Below are positions 25,498-38,560 of a stretch of DNA of 64,000 nt, in pieces (within the stretch, counting starts at the first letter, position 1; each line of letters opens with the position of its first letter). The notes under the pieces are model-generated. The model ran no database searches. It worked only from the letters and a program-made list of their open reading frames with translations, and was not told the DNA's origin. The stretch lies in the NCBI RefSeq assembly GCF_964213995.1, contig NC_135830.1:9858001-9922000 (forward strand), in the 5' to 3' direction. Position numbers and translations under genes: made by a program. This DNA comes from Mustelus asterias. Taxonomy: Eukaryota.

Positions 25498-25601
25498 GTA
25501 ATGTACCCAGTGTGTTTTGGGAATGAACTCAGAAGAATCATTCAACACTCAAGCCTGATTCAATTGACAAACAGTTTATTGAGTTATGCCAGTGGGGAGA
25601 A

Positions 25602-25864
25602 GTATGCCTGTCTGGAGACAATACACATCTCTTTAACCTGTGCTTAATACTCCGTCCAACTCACATTGTCTGTATCTTTAAGACCTGGTTGGCTGTAGAG
25701 ATTCGCATTCTAATCAGTATTCTGTAACTTGATTTTGTGTCTCTGTGCCCTGTTTGAGAGCAGATTTCCACTCCATCTGACGAAGGAGCAGCGCTCTGAA
25801 AGCTAATGGCATTTGCGACCAAATAAACCTGTTGGACTTTAACCTGGTGTTGTTAAAGCTCTTA
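25602..25864 (+). mobile_element. Penelope terminal fragment with 13-bp TSD, inside an unidentified LTR-like sequence
   Basis: cagtggggagaag / cagcggggagaag flanks; ctgacgaaggagcagcgctctgaaagc. Confidence 0.8.
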
Positions 25865-26814
25865 CAGCGGGGAGAAGCCAGGGGCTGATCATGTACAACT
25901 CCACCCCACAAGGAAAATCATCAATTCTTATACAGTTACTCAGCCCATCCCACCTGGACACAATCCAATCAGAATGGTGATAGATTACATACATTATATA
26001 CAGGTCCAATCAATTAGTATCTGGGCATCATGGGGCTTTGCGATGATCTCATGAACAGATCAGTGCCCCCATCATGATGTTTTCCAGACCCCCTTATCTA
26101 CCATCCCTGGGCTTTCTTAGTTTGAAAAGCGTGGATTAAAAGTTCTCAAATGGATATCAGTGCCCTTCCTTTGTTTTAATCGAACAACCACACGGTCTGG
26201 GAATCATTTCTATTTATAATCTCTCCTTTTAAACTCTTTCCTTCAGTATCCAATTTCCTTTTCATTGTGTTAATTGCATCAGGATTAAATCTTTGGACCT
26301 GACAGGAGGTTTAACCCAAGATCAATCCAACACAGGATTGGTCAGAATCATTTCACATGTCCCAAATTTTAAATAACTATTACAAGTTAAAACTCTCATT
26401 CTCACATGTGTGAATTTATCCGGATTAACATTCCCACATGTTTAGTAAAATGTCCTGGAAACATATCCCTGGCCAGTAAATATGGGTCCAGGTTCATAAC
26501 TTTTGAAAAAAAAGCTTTATTAATGACACTTCCATTTTAAAGTGCATTTGATTTAAATCACAGACACAAAACCTCAAAGCTTGAAGCATTCAACACACAA
26601 ATGTCATCCATATACAAGCAGAGGATCTTAGCATGTGCTTTACAGCAACAATAACCAAAATAAATTCCTTAAGCGTTCTTGTGGTTCTGTTTTTAAACTT
26701 CCAGGAATGCCTTTAATTAAAGACTCACGGTAAGGTTAAACCCCAGAAAGATAAACCTTAACAAATGTAGCCCAAAACAATGATAAAACACATTTACAAA
26801 CATCCACATAAAAC

Positions 26815-29800
26815 AAGAGATGGGTGAGATCCTGAATGAGTATTTCTCATCAGTATTTACTGTTGAGAAAAGCATGGATGTTAGGGAACTCGGGGAAATA
26901 AATAGTGATGTCTTGAGGAGTGCACATATCACAGAGAAGGAGGTGCTGGAAATCTTAAAGCGCATCAAGGTAGATAAATCCCTGGGATCTGATGAAGTGT
27001 ATCCCAGGACACTTTGGGAGACGAGGGAGGAAATTGTGGGTCCCCTCGCAGAGATATTTGAATCATCAATAATCACAGGTGAGGTGCCTGAAGATTGGAG
27101 GGTGGAAAATGTTGTGCCTTTGTTTAAAAAGGGCTGCAGAGAAAAGCCTGGGAACTGCAGGCCGGTGAGCCTCACATCTGGGTAAGTTGTTTGAAGGTAT
27201 TTTGAGAGAGAGGATCTAATGGCATTTAGTGATGCAAGGACTGATTAGGGACAGTCAGCATGGTTTTGTGAGTGGAAAATTATGTCTCACAAATTTGATT
27301 GAGTTTTTTGAACGGGTAACCAAGAAGGTAGATGAGGGCAGTGCAGTTGATGTTGTCTACATGGACTTTAGCAAAGCCTTTGACAAGGTACCGCATGGTA
27401 GGTTGTTGCATAAGGTTAAATCTCACGGGATCAAGGGTGAGGTAGCTAAATGGATACAAAATTGGCTTCTTGATGACAGAAGCCAGAGGGTGGTTGTAGA
27501 GGGTTGTTTTTCAAACTGGAGGCCTGTGACCAGTGATGTGCCTCAGGGATCAGTAATGGGTCCCCTGTTACTTGTCATTTATATTAATGATTTGGATGAG
27601 AATTTAGCATGCTTGGTGAGTAAGTTTGCAGATGACACCAAGATTGGTGGCATAGTGGACAGTGAAGAGGGTTATCCAGGATTGCAACAGGATCTCGGTC
27701 AATTGGGCCAGTGGGCTGACAAATGGCTGACGGAGTTTAATTTAGATAAATGCGAGGTGATGCATTTTGGTCGATCGAACCAGGGCAGGACTTATTCAGT
27801 TAATGGTAGGGCATTGGGGAGAGTTACAGGACAAAGAGATCGAGGAGTACAGGTTCACAGCTCCTTGGAAGTGGAGTCACAGGTGGACAGAGTGGTGAAG
27901 AAAGCTTTCGGCATGCTTGATTTCATTGGTCAGAACATTGAATACAGGAGTTAGGATGTCGTGTTGAAGTTGTACAAGACACTGGTAAGGCCACACTTGG
28001 AATACTGTGTACAGTTCTGGTCACCTTATTATAGAAAGGATAGTATTAAACTAGAAAGAGTTCAGAAAAGATTTATCAGGATGTTACCGGGACTTGATGG
28101 TTTGAGTTATAAGGAGAGTGTAAGTTGATAGGGATTCAGGACCGGCACATTCCTGTAAGGATGAAGGATAAGTATGGCAAGTTTTGGGAACCTTGGATAT
28201 CGAGAGATGTTGTGAGTCTAGTCAAAGAGAAAAAAGTAGCATTTGTCAAAGAGAGAAAGCTGGGAACACACGAAGCAAGTGTGGAATACAAGGAAAGTAG
28301 AAAGAAACTTAAGCAAGGAGTAAGGAGGGCTAAAAGGGGTCACAAAAAAGCCTTGGCCAACAGGATTAAGGAAAATCCCAAGACTTTTTAAACATATATA
28401 AAGAGCAAGAGGGTAGCCAGAGAAAGGGTTGACCCACTCAAGGACGGGGGAGGGAATCTATGCGTGGAGCCAGAGGAAATTTGTGATATATTTGTGATAT
28501 ATATAAATGATTTGGAAGAAGGTGTAACTGGTGTAATCAGCAAGTTTGCGGATGACACGAAGATGGCTGGAATTGCGGATAGCGAAGAGCATTGTCGGGC
28601 AATACAGCAGGATATAGATAGGCTGGAAAATTGTGCGGAGAGGTGGCAGATGGAATTTAATCCGGATAAATGCGAAGTGATGCATTTTGGAAGAAATAAT
28701 GTAGGGAGGAGTTCACACAATAAATGGCAGAGTCATCAGGAGTATAGAAACACAGAGGGACCTAGGTGTGCAAGTCCACAAATCCTTGAAGGTGGCAACA
28801 CAGGTGGAGAAGGTGGTGAAGAAGGCATATGGTATGCTTGCCTTTATAGGACGGGGTATAGAGTATAAAAGCTGGAGTCTGATGATGCAGCTGTATCGAA
28901 CGCTGGTTAGGCCACATTTGGAGTACTGTGTCCAGTTCTGGTCGCCGCACTACCAGAAGGACGTGGAGGCATTGGAGAGAGTGCAGAGAAGGTTTACCAG
29001 GATGTTGCCTGGTATGGAGGGTCTTAGCTATGAGGAGAGATTGGGTAGACTGGGGTTGTTCTCCTTGGAAAGACGGAGAATGAGGGGAGATCTAATAGAG
29101 GTATACAAGATTATGAAGGGTATAGATAGGGTGAACAGTGGGAAGCTTTTTCCCAGGTCGGAGGTGACGATCACGAGGGGTCACGGGCTCAAGCTGAGAG
29201 GGGCGAAGTATAACTCAGACATCAGAGGGACGTTTTTTACACAGAGGGTGGTGGGGGCCTGGAATGCGCTGCCAAGTAGGGTGGTGGAGGCAGGCACGCT
29301 GACATCGTTTAAGACTTACCTGGATAGTCACATGAGCAGCCTGGGAATGGAGGGATACAAACGATTGGTCTAGTTGGACCAAGGAGCGGCACAGGCTTGG
29401 AGGGCCGAAGGGCCTGTTTCCTGTGCTGTACTGTTCTTTGTTCTTTGAAATGGGCGAGGTATTAAATGAGTACTTTGCATCAGTATTCACCAAAGAGAAG
29501 GACTTGGTGGATGATGAGTCTGGGAAAGAATGTGTAGATAGTTCGAGTCATCTTGAGATCAAAAAGGAGGAGGTATTGGGGTTCTTGAGAAACATTAAGG
29601 TAGACAAGTCCCCAGGGCCTAAAGGGATATACCCCAGAATACTGAGAGAGGCAAGGGAGGAAATTGCTGGGGCCTTGAGAGAAATCTTTGTATCCTCACT
29701 GGCTACAGGGGAGGTACACACAGTAAGAAGTCTCACAACACCAGGTGAAAGTCCAACAGCTTTATTTGGTAGCAAAAGCCACGGGCTTTCGGAGTGCTGC

Positions 29801-31230
29801 TCCTTCGTCAGATAAGTGGGAGTTCTGTTCACAAACAGGGCATATAAAGACACAAACTCAATTTACAAAATAATGGTTGGAATGCGAGTCTTTACAGGTA
29901 ATCAAGTCTTAAAGGTACAGACACTGTGAGTGGAGAGAGGGCTAAGCACAGGTTAAAGAGATGTGTATTGTCTCCAGACAGGACAGTTAGTGAGATTTTG
30001 CAAGCCCAGGCAAGTCGTAGGGGTTACAGATAGTGTGACATGAACCCAAGATCCCGGTTGAGGCCGTCCTCATGTGTGCGGAACTTGGCGATCAGTCTCA
30101 GGGGAGGTCCCAGAGGATTGGAGAATAGCCAATGTTGTTCCTTTGTTTAAGAAGGGTAGCAAGAATAATCCAGGTAATTACAGGCCGGTGAGCCTTACAT
30201 CAGTGATAGGGAAATTATTGGATAGGATTCTTCGAGACAGGATTTATTCCCACTTGGAAATAAGTGGACGTATTAGTGAGAGGCAACATGGTTTTGTGAA
30301 GCGGAGGTCATGTCTCACTAACTTGATCGAGTTTTTCGAGGAAGTGACGAAGATGATTGATGAGGATAGGGCAGTGGATGTTGTCTACATGGAGTTCAGT
30401 AAAGCCTTTGACAAGGTCCCTCGTGGCAGACTGGTGCAGAAGGTAAAGTTGCATGGGATCAGAGGTGAGCTGGCTACGTGGATACAAAACTGCTCAGTCA
30501 AAGAAGACAGAGGGTAGCAGTGGAAGGGTGCATTTCTGAATGGAGGACTGTGACAAGTGGCGTCCCTCAGGGATCAGTGCTGGGACCTTTGCTGTTTGTA
30601 ATATATATATAAATGATTTGGAGGAAAATGTAGCTGGATTGATTCGTAAGTTTGCAGATGACACAAAGGTTAGTGGATTTCCAGATAGCAGTGAGGACCA
30701 TCAGAGGATACAGCAGGATATAGATCAGTTGGAGACTTGGGCGGAGAGGTGGCAGATGGAGTTTAATCCGGACAAATGTGAGATAATGCATTTTGGAAGG
30801 CCTAATCCAAAAAGGAAATATACAGTAAATGGCAGAACCCTTAAAATAGGTCAAGGGACCTGGGTATACAGGTACACAGGTCACTGAAAGTGGCAATGCA
30901 GGTGGAGAAGGTAGTCAAGAAGGCATACAGCATGCTTGCCTTCATCGGCCGGGGCATTGAGTTTAAAAATTGGCAAGTCATGTTGCAGCTTTATAGAAGC
31001 TTAGTTAGGCTGCACTTGGAATATAGTGTTCAATTCTGGTCGCCACACTACCAGAAGGATATGGAGGCTTTGGAGAGGGTACAGAAAAGATTTACCAGGA
31101 TGTTACCTGGTATGGAGGGCATTAGCTATGAGGAGAGGTTGGAGAAACGTGGTTTGTTCTCACTGGAACAGCGGAGTTGAGGGGTGACCTGATAGAAGTC
31201 TACAAGATTATGAGAGGCATGGACAGAGTT
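26815..31230 (+). mobile_element. Nested stack of CR1 ORF2 fragments plus a Penelope insert
   Basis: CR1-a 26815-28120; CR1-b 28120-31230, interrupted by CR1-c 28482-29446 (TSD gaaat, gttcttt tail) and by minus-strand Penelope 29716-30098 (TSD caggggaggt); PQGSV and FADD motifs. Confidence 0.9.
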
Positions 31231-31247
31231 CATGCTGCACTATATAA

Positions 31248-31760
31248 TTATGCCGCACTATATTCCAAGTGTGGCCTAATTAAGGTTTTATAAAGCTGCA
31301 ACATGATTTGCCAATTTTTACATTCAATGCCCCAGCCGATGAAGGCAAGCATGCCGTATGCCTTCTTCACTACCTTCTCCAACTGTGTTGCCACTTTCAG
31401 TAACCTGTGTACCTGTAAACCCAGGTCCCTCTGCCTATCAATACCCTGCAGGGTTCTGCTATTTACTGTATATTTCCTATCTGTATTAGACCTTCCAACA
31501 TGCATTACCTCACATTTATCCGGATTAAACTCCATCTGCCATCTCTCCACCCAACTGATGTATATCCTGCTGTATCCTCTGATGGTCCTCATCGCTATCC
31601 GCAAATCCAACAACCTTTGTGTCGTCCACAAACATTTTCCTCCAAATCATTTATATATATTACAAACAGCAAAGGTCCCAGCACTGATCCCTGAGGGACG
31701 CCACTGGTCACAGCCCTCCATTCAGAAACGCATCGTTTCACTGCTACCCTCTGTCTTCTG
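31248..31760 (-). mobile_element. CR1 RT fragment, inverted relative to 30520-31050
   Basis: WQMEFNPDKCEVMH..RPHLEYS on the minus strand. Confidence 0.85.
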
Positions 31761-31784
31761 CTGACTAAATATTTCTGAACTTAA

Positions 31785-31975
31785 CACCCTGTCACTCTGT
31801 CACCCCGTCACCCCGTCACCCCGTCACCCCGTCACCCCGACACCCCGTCACCCTGTCACTCTGTCACCTTGTCACCCTGTCACCCCGACACCCCGTCACC
31901 CCGACACCCCGTCACCCTGTCACTCTGTCACCTTGTCACCCTGTCACTCTGTCACCCTGTCACTCTGTCACTCTG
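31785..31975. repeat. 8-bp tandem repeat (CACCCYGT)n
   Basis: Direct reading; more than 20 units. Confidence 0.9.
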
Positions 31976-32150
31976 AGATCCTTGTGATATTTGACTCAAA
32001 GAGCAGCAGCCCACTGGAGGCTGAGACCAGCCAGTCCAGCAGAAAGAAACCCTCCGACCCTCCCCATTGACCAACTGTGAGAATGAACAAAATGCAATCC
32101 TGGATGCAACTGAGAGCAGAAACAATAACAGCAGAATCCAACCCCTGGAA

Positions 32151-32993
32151 TCACTCGTGAACTTGTTGGTGTCTCAGCAGCCGGGATGAAACTGTGAATC
32201 CCTTCCCACACTGAGAGCAGGTGAACGGCCTCTCTCCAGTGTGAACTCGCTGGTGTGTCCGCAGGTCGGATGACTGAGTGAATCCCTTCCCACACTGAGA
32301 GCAGGTGAATGGTTTCTCCCCAGTATGAACTCGCTGGTGTCTCTGCAGGTCGGCTGACTGAGTGAATCCCTTCCCACACTGAGGGCAGGTGAACGGCCTC
32401 TCCCTGGTGTGAATTCGCTGGTGTCTCTGCAGGTCGGCTGACCGAGTGAATCCCTTCCCACACTGAGAGCAGGTGAATGGCCTCTCCCTGGTGTGAATTC
32501 GCTGGTGTGTCCGCAAATGCGACGACTGAGTGAATCCCTTCCCACACTGAGAACAGGTGAACGGCCTCTCCCCAGTGTGAACTCGCTGGTGTGACTGCAG
32601 GTTGGATGACTGAGTGAATTCCTGCCCACACTGAGAGCAGGTGAATGGCCTCTCCCCAGTGTGAACTCGCTGGTGTGTCTGCAGGTGGGATGACCGAGTG
32701 AATCCCTTCCCACACTGAGAGCAGGTGAATGGTCTCTCCCCAGTGTGAACTCGCTGGTGTGTCCGCAGGTTGGATAATTGAGTGAATCCCTCCCCACACT
32801 GAGAGCAGGTGAATGGTCTCTCCCCAGTGTGAACTCGCTGGTGCATCCGTAGGCTGGATAAATAATTAAATCCCTTCTTACACTGAGAGCAGATGAATGG
32901 CTTCTCCCCAGTATGGCTGCGCCGATGAATTTCCAGCTTAGATGGGGCTCCGTATCCCTTCCCACAGTCCACACATTTCCATGGTTTTTCCAT
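32151..32993 (-). CDS. C2H2 zinc-finger protein ZNF-5, 10 fingers
   Basis: [23 protein letters not shown]; acceptor at 33306; close paralog of ZNF-1. Confidence 0.92.
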   Translation of the reverse strand: MEKPWKCVDCGKGYGAPSKLEIHRRSHTGEKPFICSQCKKGFNYLSSLRMHQRVHTGERPFTCSQCGEGFTQLSNLRTHQRVHTGERPFTCSQCGKGFTRSSHLQTHQRVHTGERPFTCSQCGQEFTQSSNLQSHQRVHTGERPFTCSQCGKGFTQSSHLRTHQRIHTRERPFTCSQCGKGFTRSADLQRHQRIHTRERPFTCPQCGKGFTQSADLQRHQRVHTGEKPFTCSQCGKGFTQSSDLRTHQRVHTGERPFTCSQCGKGFTVSSRLLRHQQVHE

Positions 32994-34019
32994 GGTGCAG
33001 GTGATCTTGCCTCAGTTGAAGCCTCGTCCACACACAGAATACGGGTACCGTCTCTCCCAGCTGCGAATGGTGTGATATTTATTCAGGCTGTGTAACTGGT
33101 TAAAGCTCTTTAGTCAGTGCACTGGAACGCTGTTGGTGCTTTTCCAGTCACACTGATGTTTGAAATCTTTTCAAATCAACAGACCGGACAACCATTTCTC
33201 CTTCTAGATTCAAAGGCCAATGATATTCAACTCCCAAGGAATATGATTCTGTTGGGTCTCGATGTGATTTTTGAGATTTCTGCCTGTGATTCCTCTTTCA
33301 ACATCCTGTAAAACGAGTTTACAAAAGTCATCAGTGTCAGAACAGAAATTCAGAACAGACAATTCTAGTTTCTATGGAGCATTCTTTCCTCTCTCATTCC
33401 CCAAAAGCCGTGAATCTCCATCCCACTCACTCTCCCTCCATTCTCACTCTGCTGTATCTAATATTCACCCTCCCAATTCTCCTGAAGGTACTGATTGAGG
33501 CTGATTGACAGATCCATGCTCACTGCTTCCACTCCAGCACATAGAAATCATAAGAAATAGAAGCAACAGTTGGCCATTCAGCCCATCGAATTGCCACAAC
33601 CATTCAGTGAGAATTGGCCGATCTACCTCAGCACCATTTCCCACGCTCTCCCCCAGATCACTCAATGTCTTCAATATCTCAAAACTTATCAATCTCCGGC
33701 TTGAAATTTCTCGATGACTGAGGCTCCACAGTCCTCTGGGGTGCAGAATTCCAAAACTACACCACATACTTGAGTGAGGAAATCCCTCCTCATCTTAACT
33801 TTCTCTCCATTTCCCTACCTGTTTCCCATAACCCTTGACACCTTTATCAATCAAAAATCAGTGTAACTCACCCTGGAATATATTCAATGGCCCTCAACCT
33901 CCACTGATCCCTGTGGAGAAGAAATCCAAACACGAATGACTCTAATAGGCAAGAGATGAATGACTGGAAATATCTAAGGTAGCGACAGTACAATATTAAT
34001 CTGTCTGAAGCTCAATCTT

Positions 34020-34330
34020 CATTCAGAGAGAGAGGAGCAGCAGCTTTGCTGGGCAACAATGGAGGAAGCTCCATGCGGCCATGCACACAAGTCCCAGACT
34101 CTGATTGGCTGGAGGACCAGCGCCCATCTGGTCCTCCACGCGTTGCCATTGGTCAATCTGCCGCATGTGGACAATGAGGGGGCGGTACCCGAGCCCACGT
34201 GGGGGTGGGCGGGGCTTTGACCGCCAGCCGCGCTGAGCTGGTGTCCAATCCGCAGTGTGCTGCTTCTGTAACCAGTGATATTGCTGCCAATGGGACACTG
34301 TGTGCTGGGAACGCCCCTCTGAGTCATTGT
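34020..34330 (-). promoter_or_regulatory. ZNF-5 promoter half (left of the CR1 insertion)
   Basis: ATTGG at ~34104 and ~34148 flank GGAGGACC-N11-GGTCCTCC (34111-34137); GC boxes ~34178 and ~34207. Confidence 0.7.
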
Positions 34331-34406
34331 AGAACAGTAGAACAGTACAGCACAGAACAGGCCCTTCGGCCCACGATGTTGTGCCGAGCTTTATCTGAAA
34401 CCAAGA

Positions 34407-37400
34407 TCAAGCTATCCCACTCCCTATCATCCTGGTGTGCTCCATGTGCCTATCCAATAACCGCTTAAATGTTTCTAAAGTGTCTGACTCCACTATCACT
34501 GCAGGCAGTCCATTCCACACCCCAACCACTCTCTGCGTAAAGAACCTACCTCTGATATCCGTCCTGTATCTCCCACCATGAACCCTATAGTTATGCCCCC
34601 TTGTAATAGCTCCATCCACCCGAGGAAATAGTCTTTGAACGTTCACTCTATCTCTCCCCTTCATCATTTTATACACCTCTATTAAGTCTCCCCTCAGCCT
34701 CCTCCGCTCCAGAGAGAACAGCCCTAGCTCCCTCAACCTTTCCTCATATGACCTACCCTCCAAACCAGGCAGCATCCTGGTAAATCTCCTCTGCACTCCT
34801 TCCAGCGCTTCCACATCCTTCCTATAGTGAGGTGACCAGAATTGCACACAATATTCCAAATGTGGTCTCACCAAGGTCCTGTACAGTTGCAGCATAACCC
34901 CACGGCTCTTAAACTCCAACCCCCTGTTAATAAAAGCTAACACACTATAGGCCTTCTTCACAGCTCTATCCACTTGACTGGCAACCTTTAGAGATCTGTG
35001 GATATGGACCCCAAGATCTCTCTGTTCCTCCACAGTCTTCAGAACCCTACCTTTGACCCTGTAATCCACATTTAAATTTGTCCTACCAAAATGAATCACC
35101 TCACATTTATCAGGGTTAAACTCCATTTGCCATTTTTCAGCCCAGCTTTGCATCCTATCTATGTCTCTTTGCAGCCTACAACAGCCCTCCTCCTCATCCA
35201 CTACTCCACCAATCTTGGTGTCATCAGCAAATTTACTGATCCACCCTTCAGCCCCCTCCTCTAAGTAATTAATAAAAATCACAAAGAGCAGAGGACCAAG
35301 CACTGATCCCTGCGGCACACCGCTAGCAACCTGCCTCCAATCCGAAAATTTTCCATCGACCACCACCCTCTGTCTTCGGTCAGACAGCCAGTTGCCTATC
35401 CAATCGGCCAACTTTCCCTCTATCCCACACCTCCTCACTTTCATCATAAGCCGACCATGGGGGACCTTATCAAACGCCTTACTAAAATCCATGTATATGA
35501 CATCAACTGCCCTACCTTCATCAACACACTTAGTTACCTCCTCAAAAAATTCTATCAAATTTGTGAGGCACGACTTGCCCTTCACGAATCCGTGCTGACT
35601 ATCTCGGATTAATCCGCATCTTTCTAAATGGTCGTAAATCCCATCCCTAAGGACCCTTTCCATCAATTTACCAACCACCGAAGTAAGACTAACCGGTCTA
35701 TAATTACCAGGGTCATTTCTATTCCCTTTCTTAAACAGAGGAACAACATTCGCCATTCTCCAGTCCTCTGGCACCATCCCCGTGGACAGCGAGGACCCAA
35801 AGATCAACGCCAAAGGCTCTGCAATCTCATCCCTTGCCTCCCAAAGAATCCTAGGATACATTTCATCAGGCCCAGGGGACTTATCGACCTTCAGTTTATT
35901 CAAAACTGCCAAGACATCCTCCCTCCGAACATCTATTTCCTCCAGCCTATTAGCCTGTAACACCTTCTCTTCCTCAAAAACATGGCCCCTCTCCTTGGTG
36001 AACACTGAAGAAAAGTATTCATTCATCACCTCGCCTATCTCTACTGACTCCATACACAAGTTCCCACTACTGTCCTTGACCGGCCCTAACCTCACCCTGG
36101 TCATTCTTTTATTCCTCACATAAGAGTAAAAAGCCTTGGGGTTTTCCTTGATCCGACCCGCCAAGGACTTCTCATGTCCCCTCCTAGCTCTCCTAAGCCC
36201 CTTTTTCAGCTCATTCCTTGCTAACTTGTAACCCTCAATCGAGCCATCTGAACCTTGTTTCCTCATCCCTACATAAGCTTCCCTCTTCCTTTTCACAAGA
36301 CATTCCACCTCTTTTGTGAACCATGGTTCCCTCACTCGGCCATTTCCTCCCTGCCTGACAGGAACATACCTATCAAGGACATCCAGTATTTGTTCCTTGA
36401 AAAAATTCCACTTTTCATTAGTTCCTTTCTCTGACAGTTTCTGTTCCCAACTTATGCCCCCTAATTCTTGCCTAATCGCATCATAATTACCCCTCCCCCA
36501 ATTGTAAACCTTGCCCTGCCGTACGGCCCTATCCCTCTCCATTGCAATAACAAAAGACACCGAATTGTGGTCACTATCTCCAAATTGCTCTCCCACAACC
36601 AAATCTAACACTTGGCCCGGTTCATTTCCCAGTACCAAATCCAATGTGGCCTCACCTCTAGTCGGCCCATCCACATATTGTGTCAGGAAACCCTCCCGCA
36701 CACACTGCACAAAAACTGCCCCATCCAAACTATTTGACCTACAAAGGTTCCAATCAATATTTGGAAAGTTAAAGTCCCCCATGACAACTACCCTGTGACC
36801 CCCACACATATCCATAATCTGCTTAGCAATTTCTTCCTCCACATCTCTATTACTATTTGGGGGCCTATAGTAAACTCCTAGCAATGTGACCGCTCCTTTC
36901 CTATTTCTAACTTCAGCCCATATTACCTCAGTGTGCAGATCCCCCACGAAGTGCCTTTCCGCAGCCGTTAAACTATCCTTGATTAACAATGCCACTCCTC
37001 CACCTCTTTTACCAGCTTCCCTACACTTAGTGAAACATCTATACCCCGGAACGTCCAACAACCATTCCTGTCCTTGTTCTACCCACGTCTCCGTAATGGC
37101 CACAACATCGTAGTCCCAAGTACCAATCCACGCCCCAAGTTCATCTACCTTGTTCCGGATGCTCCTTGCATTGAAGTAGACACACTTCAACCCACCTTCC
37201 TGTCTACCAGTACCCACCCTTGACCCTGATACCTTCCCCAATACCTCACCACCCTCACTGACTTCTGGACTACAACTCCCTTTCCCACTCCCCTGACAAA
37301 TTAGTTTAAACCCCCCTGAAGAGCCGTAACAAATTTCCCTCCGAGGATATTGGTGCCCCTCTGGTTCAGGTGCACCCCGTCCTGTTTGTACAGGTCCCAC

Positions 37401-37421
37401 CTTCCCCAGAACGTGTTCCAA
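34407..37421 (-). CDS. CR1 ORF2: APE endonuclease plus reverse transcriptase (open frame of 1004 aa; true start uncertain)
   Basis: YFNARS, AITETW, YRPPN, MGDFN, SDHN (APE); [28 protein letters not shown] (RT). Confidence 0.95.
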   Translation of the reverse strand: MEHVLGKVGPVQTGRGAPEPEGHQYPRREICYGSSGGFKLICQGSGKGSCSPEVSEGGEVLGKVSGSRVGTGRQEGGLKCVYFNARSIRNKVDELGAWIGTWDYDVVAITETWVEQGQEWLLDVPGYRCFTKCREAGKRGGGVALLIKDSLTAAERHFVGDLHTEVIWAEVRNRKGAVTLLGVYYRPPNSNRDVEEEIAKQIMDMCGGHRVVVMGDFNFPNIDWNLCRSNSLDGAVFVQCVREGFLTQYVDGPTRGEATLDLVLGNEPGQVLDLVVGEQFGDSDHNSVSFVIAMERDRAVRQGKVYNWGRGNYDAIRQELGGISWEQKLSEKGTNEKWNFFKEQILDVLDRYVPVRQGGNGRVREPWFTKEVECLVKRKREAYVGMRKQGSDGSIEGYKLARNELKKGLRRARRGHEKSLAGRIKENPKAFYSYVRNKRMTRVRLGPVKDSSGNLCMESVEIGEVMNEYFSSVFTKERGHVFEEEKVLQANRLEEIDVRREDVLAVLNKLKVDKSPGPDEMYPRILWEARDEIAEPLALIFGSSLSTGMVPEDWRMANVVPLFKKGNRNDPGNYRPVSLTSVVGKLMERVLRDGIYDHLERCGLIRDSQHGFVKGKSCLTNLIEFFEEVTKCVDEGRAVDVIYMDFSKAFDKVPHGRLMMKVRRCGIEGKLADWIGNWLSDRRQRVVVDGKFSDWRQVASGVPQGSVLGPLLFVIFINYLEEGAEGWISKFADDTKIGGVVDEEEGCCRLQRDIDRMQSWAEKWQMEFNPDKCEVIHFGRTNLNVDYRVKGRVLKTVEEQRDLGVHIHRSLKVASQVDRAVKKAYSVLAFINRGLEFKSRGVMLQLYRTLVRPHLEYCVQFWSPHYRKDVEALEGVQRRFTRMLPGLEGRSYEERLRELGLFSLERRRLRGDLIEVYKMMKGRDRVNVQRLFPRVDGAITRGHNYRVHGGRYRTDIRGRFFTQRVVGVWNGLPAVIVESDTLETFKRLLDRHMEHTRMIGSGIA

Positions 37422-38227
37422 TTATCCATGTATCTGAAACCCTCCCTCCTACACCATCCCTGCAACCACATATTTAACTGCACTCTCTCCCTGTTCCTCA
37501 ACTCGCTATCAGGTGGTACCGGCAACGTACCAGAGATGACCACATGTTTCGTCTTGGCTCTCAGCTTCCAGCCCAGCTCCAGAAATTCCTGCTTTAAATC
37601 CCCGTCCCTTCTCTTACCTATGTCATTGGTACCAATGTGCACCACGACTTGTGACTGTTTCCCCTCCCCCTTCAGAATCTGGAAAACACGGTCTGAGACA
37701 TCACGGACCTTGGCATCCGGTAGGCAACATACCATCCGTGAGTCTCTTTTGCTGCCACAGAACCTCCTATCTATCCCTCTAACTAACGAGTCCCCAATAA
37801 CTATCGCCCTCCCGCTCTCCCCCTTTCCCTCCCGAGCCACAGAGACGGACACAGTGCTGGAGATCCTCTCACTGCGGCTCCCCACTGGTATGTCATCCCC
37901 CTCAACCGTATCCAAAGCGGAATACTTGTTGCTAAGGGGAACGACCACCGGGGATCCCTGCACGGACTGCTTCCTCCCAGCCCCTCTCACCGTCACCCAT
38001 CTGTTTTCAATCCTCGGAGTAACTGTATTCCTAAAGCTTGTGTCTATGGCCATCTCTGCGTCCCTGATGATCCTAAGTTCATCCAACTCCAGCTCCAGTT
38101 CCCTAACACGGTTTTGGAGGAGCTGCAGATGGGTGCACTTCCCACAGGTGTAATCAGCAGGGACACTGTCGTCGTCCCTCACCTCAAACATAGTGCAAGA
38201 GGAACATTGCACTGCCTGCACACCCAT
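37301..38227 (-). CDS. CR1 ORF1: CxxC..CxxC zinc module, coiled coil and SGNH esterase
   Basis: CSSC..CGKC, LQNRVRELELELDEL, IVIGDSLVRG, HIGTND, DGVHLN. Confidence 0.92.
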   Translation of the reverse strand: MGVQAVQCSSCTMFEVRDDDSVPADYTCGKCTHLQLLQNRVRELELELDELRIIRDAEMAIDTSFRNTVTPRIENRWVTVRGAGRKQSVQGSPVVVPLSNKYSALDTVEGDDIPVGSRSERISSTVSVSVAREGKGESGRAIVIGDSLVRGIDRRFCGSKRDSRMVCCLPDAKVRDVSDRVFQILKGEGKQSQVVVHIGTNDIGKRRDGDLKQEFLELGWKLRAKTKHVVISGTLPVPPDSELRNRERVQLNMWLQGWCRREGFRYMDNWNTFWGRWDLYKQDGVHLNQRGTNILGGKFVTALQGGLN

Positions 38228-38305
38228 CCCCTCGAGATACCTTGCCAGTACCAGGTAGAAAGTGCAAAAATGAATTCAACTCACCCCTGCTCGCCCTTTC
38301 AGCCT

Positions 38306-38560
38306 AAGCCCTGTGAGCCAAAGTCTTATAGCTCACACTCTGCTTCCCACACACTCAAGCCCTGTGAGCCAAAGTCTTATAGCTCACACTCTGCTTCCCA
38401 CACACTCAAGCCCTGTGAGCCAAAGTCTTATAGCTCACACTCTGCTTCCCACACACTCAAGCCCTGTGAGCCAAAGTCTTATAGCTCACACTCTGCTTCC
38501 CACACACTCAAGCCCTGTGAGCCAAAGTCTTATAGCTCACACTCTGCTTCCCACACACTC
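38306..38560. repeat. 5 x 51-bp perfect tandem repeat in the CR1 5' UTR
   Basis: Unit aagccctgtgagccaaagtcttatagctcacactctgcttcccacacactc. Confidence 0.95.

Noticed and set aside
37350-38153. 267-aa ORF antisense to CR1 ORF1
   Set aside because: No recognisable motifs; shadow of the coding strand.
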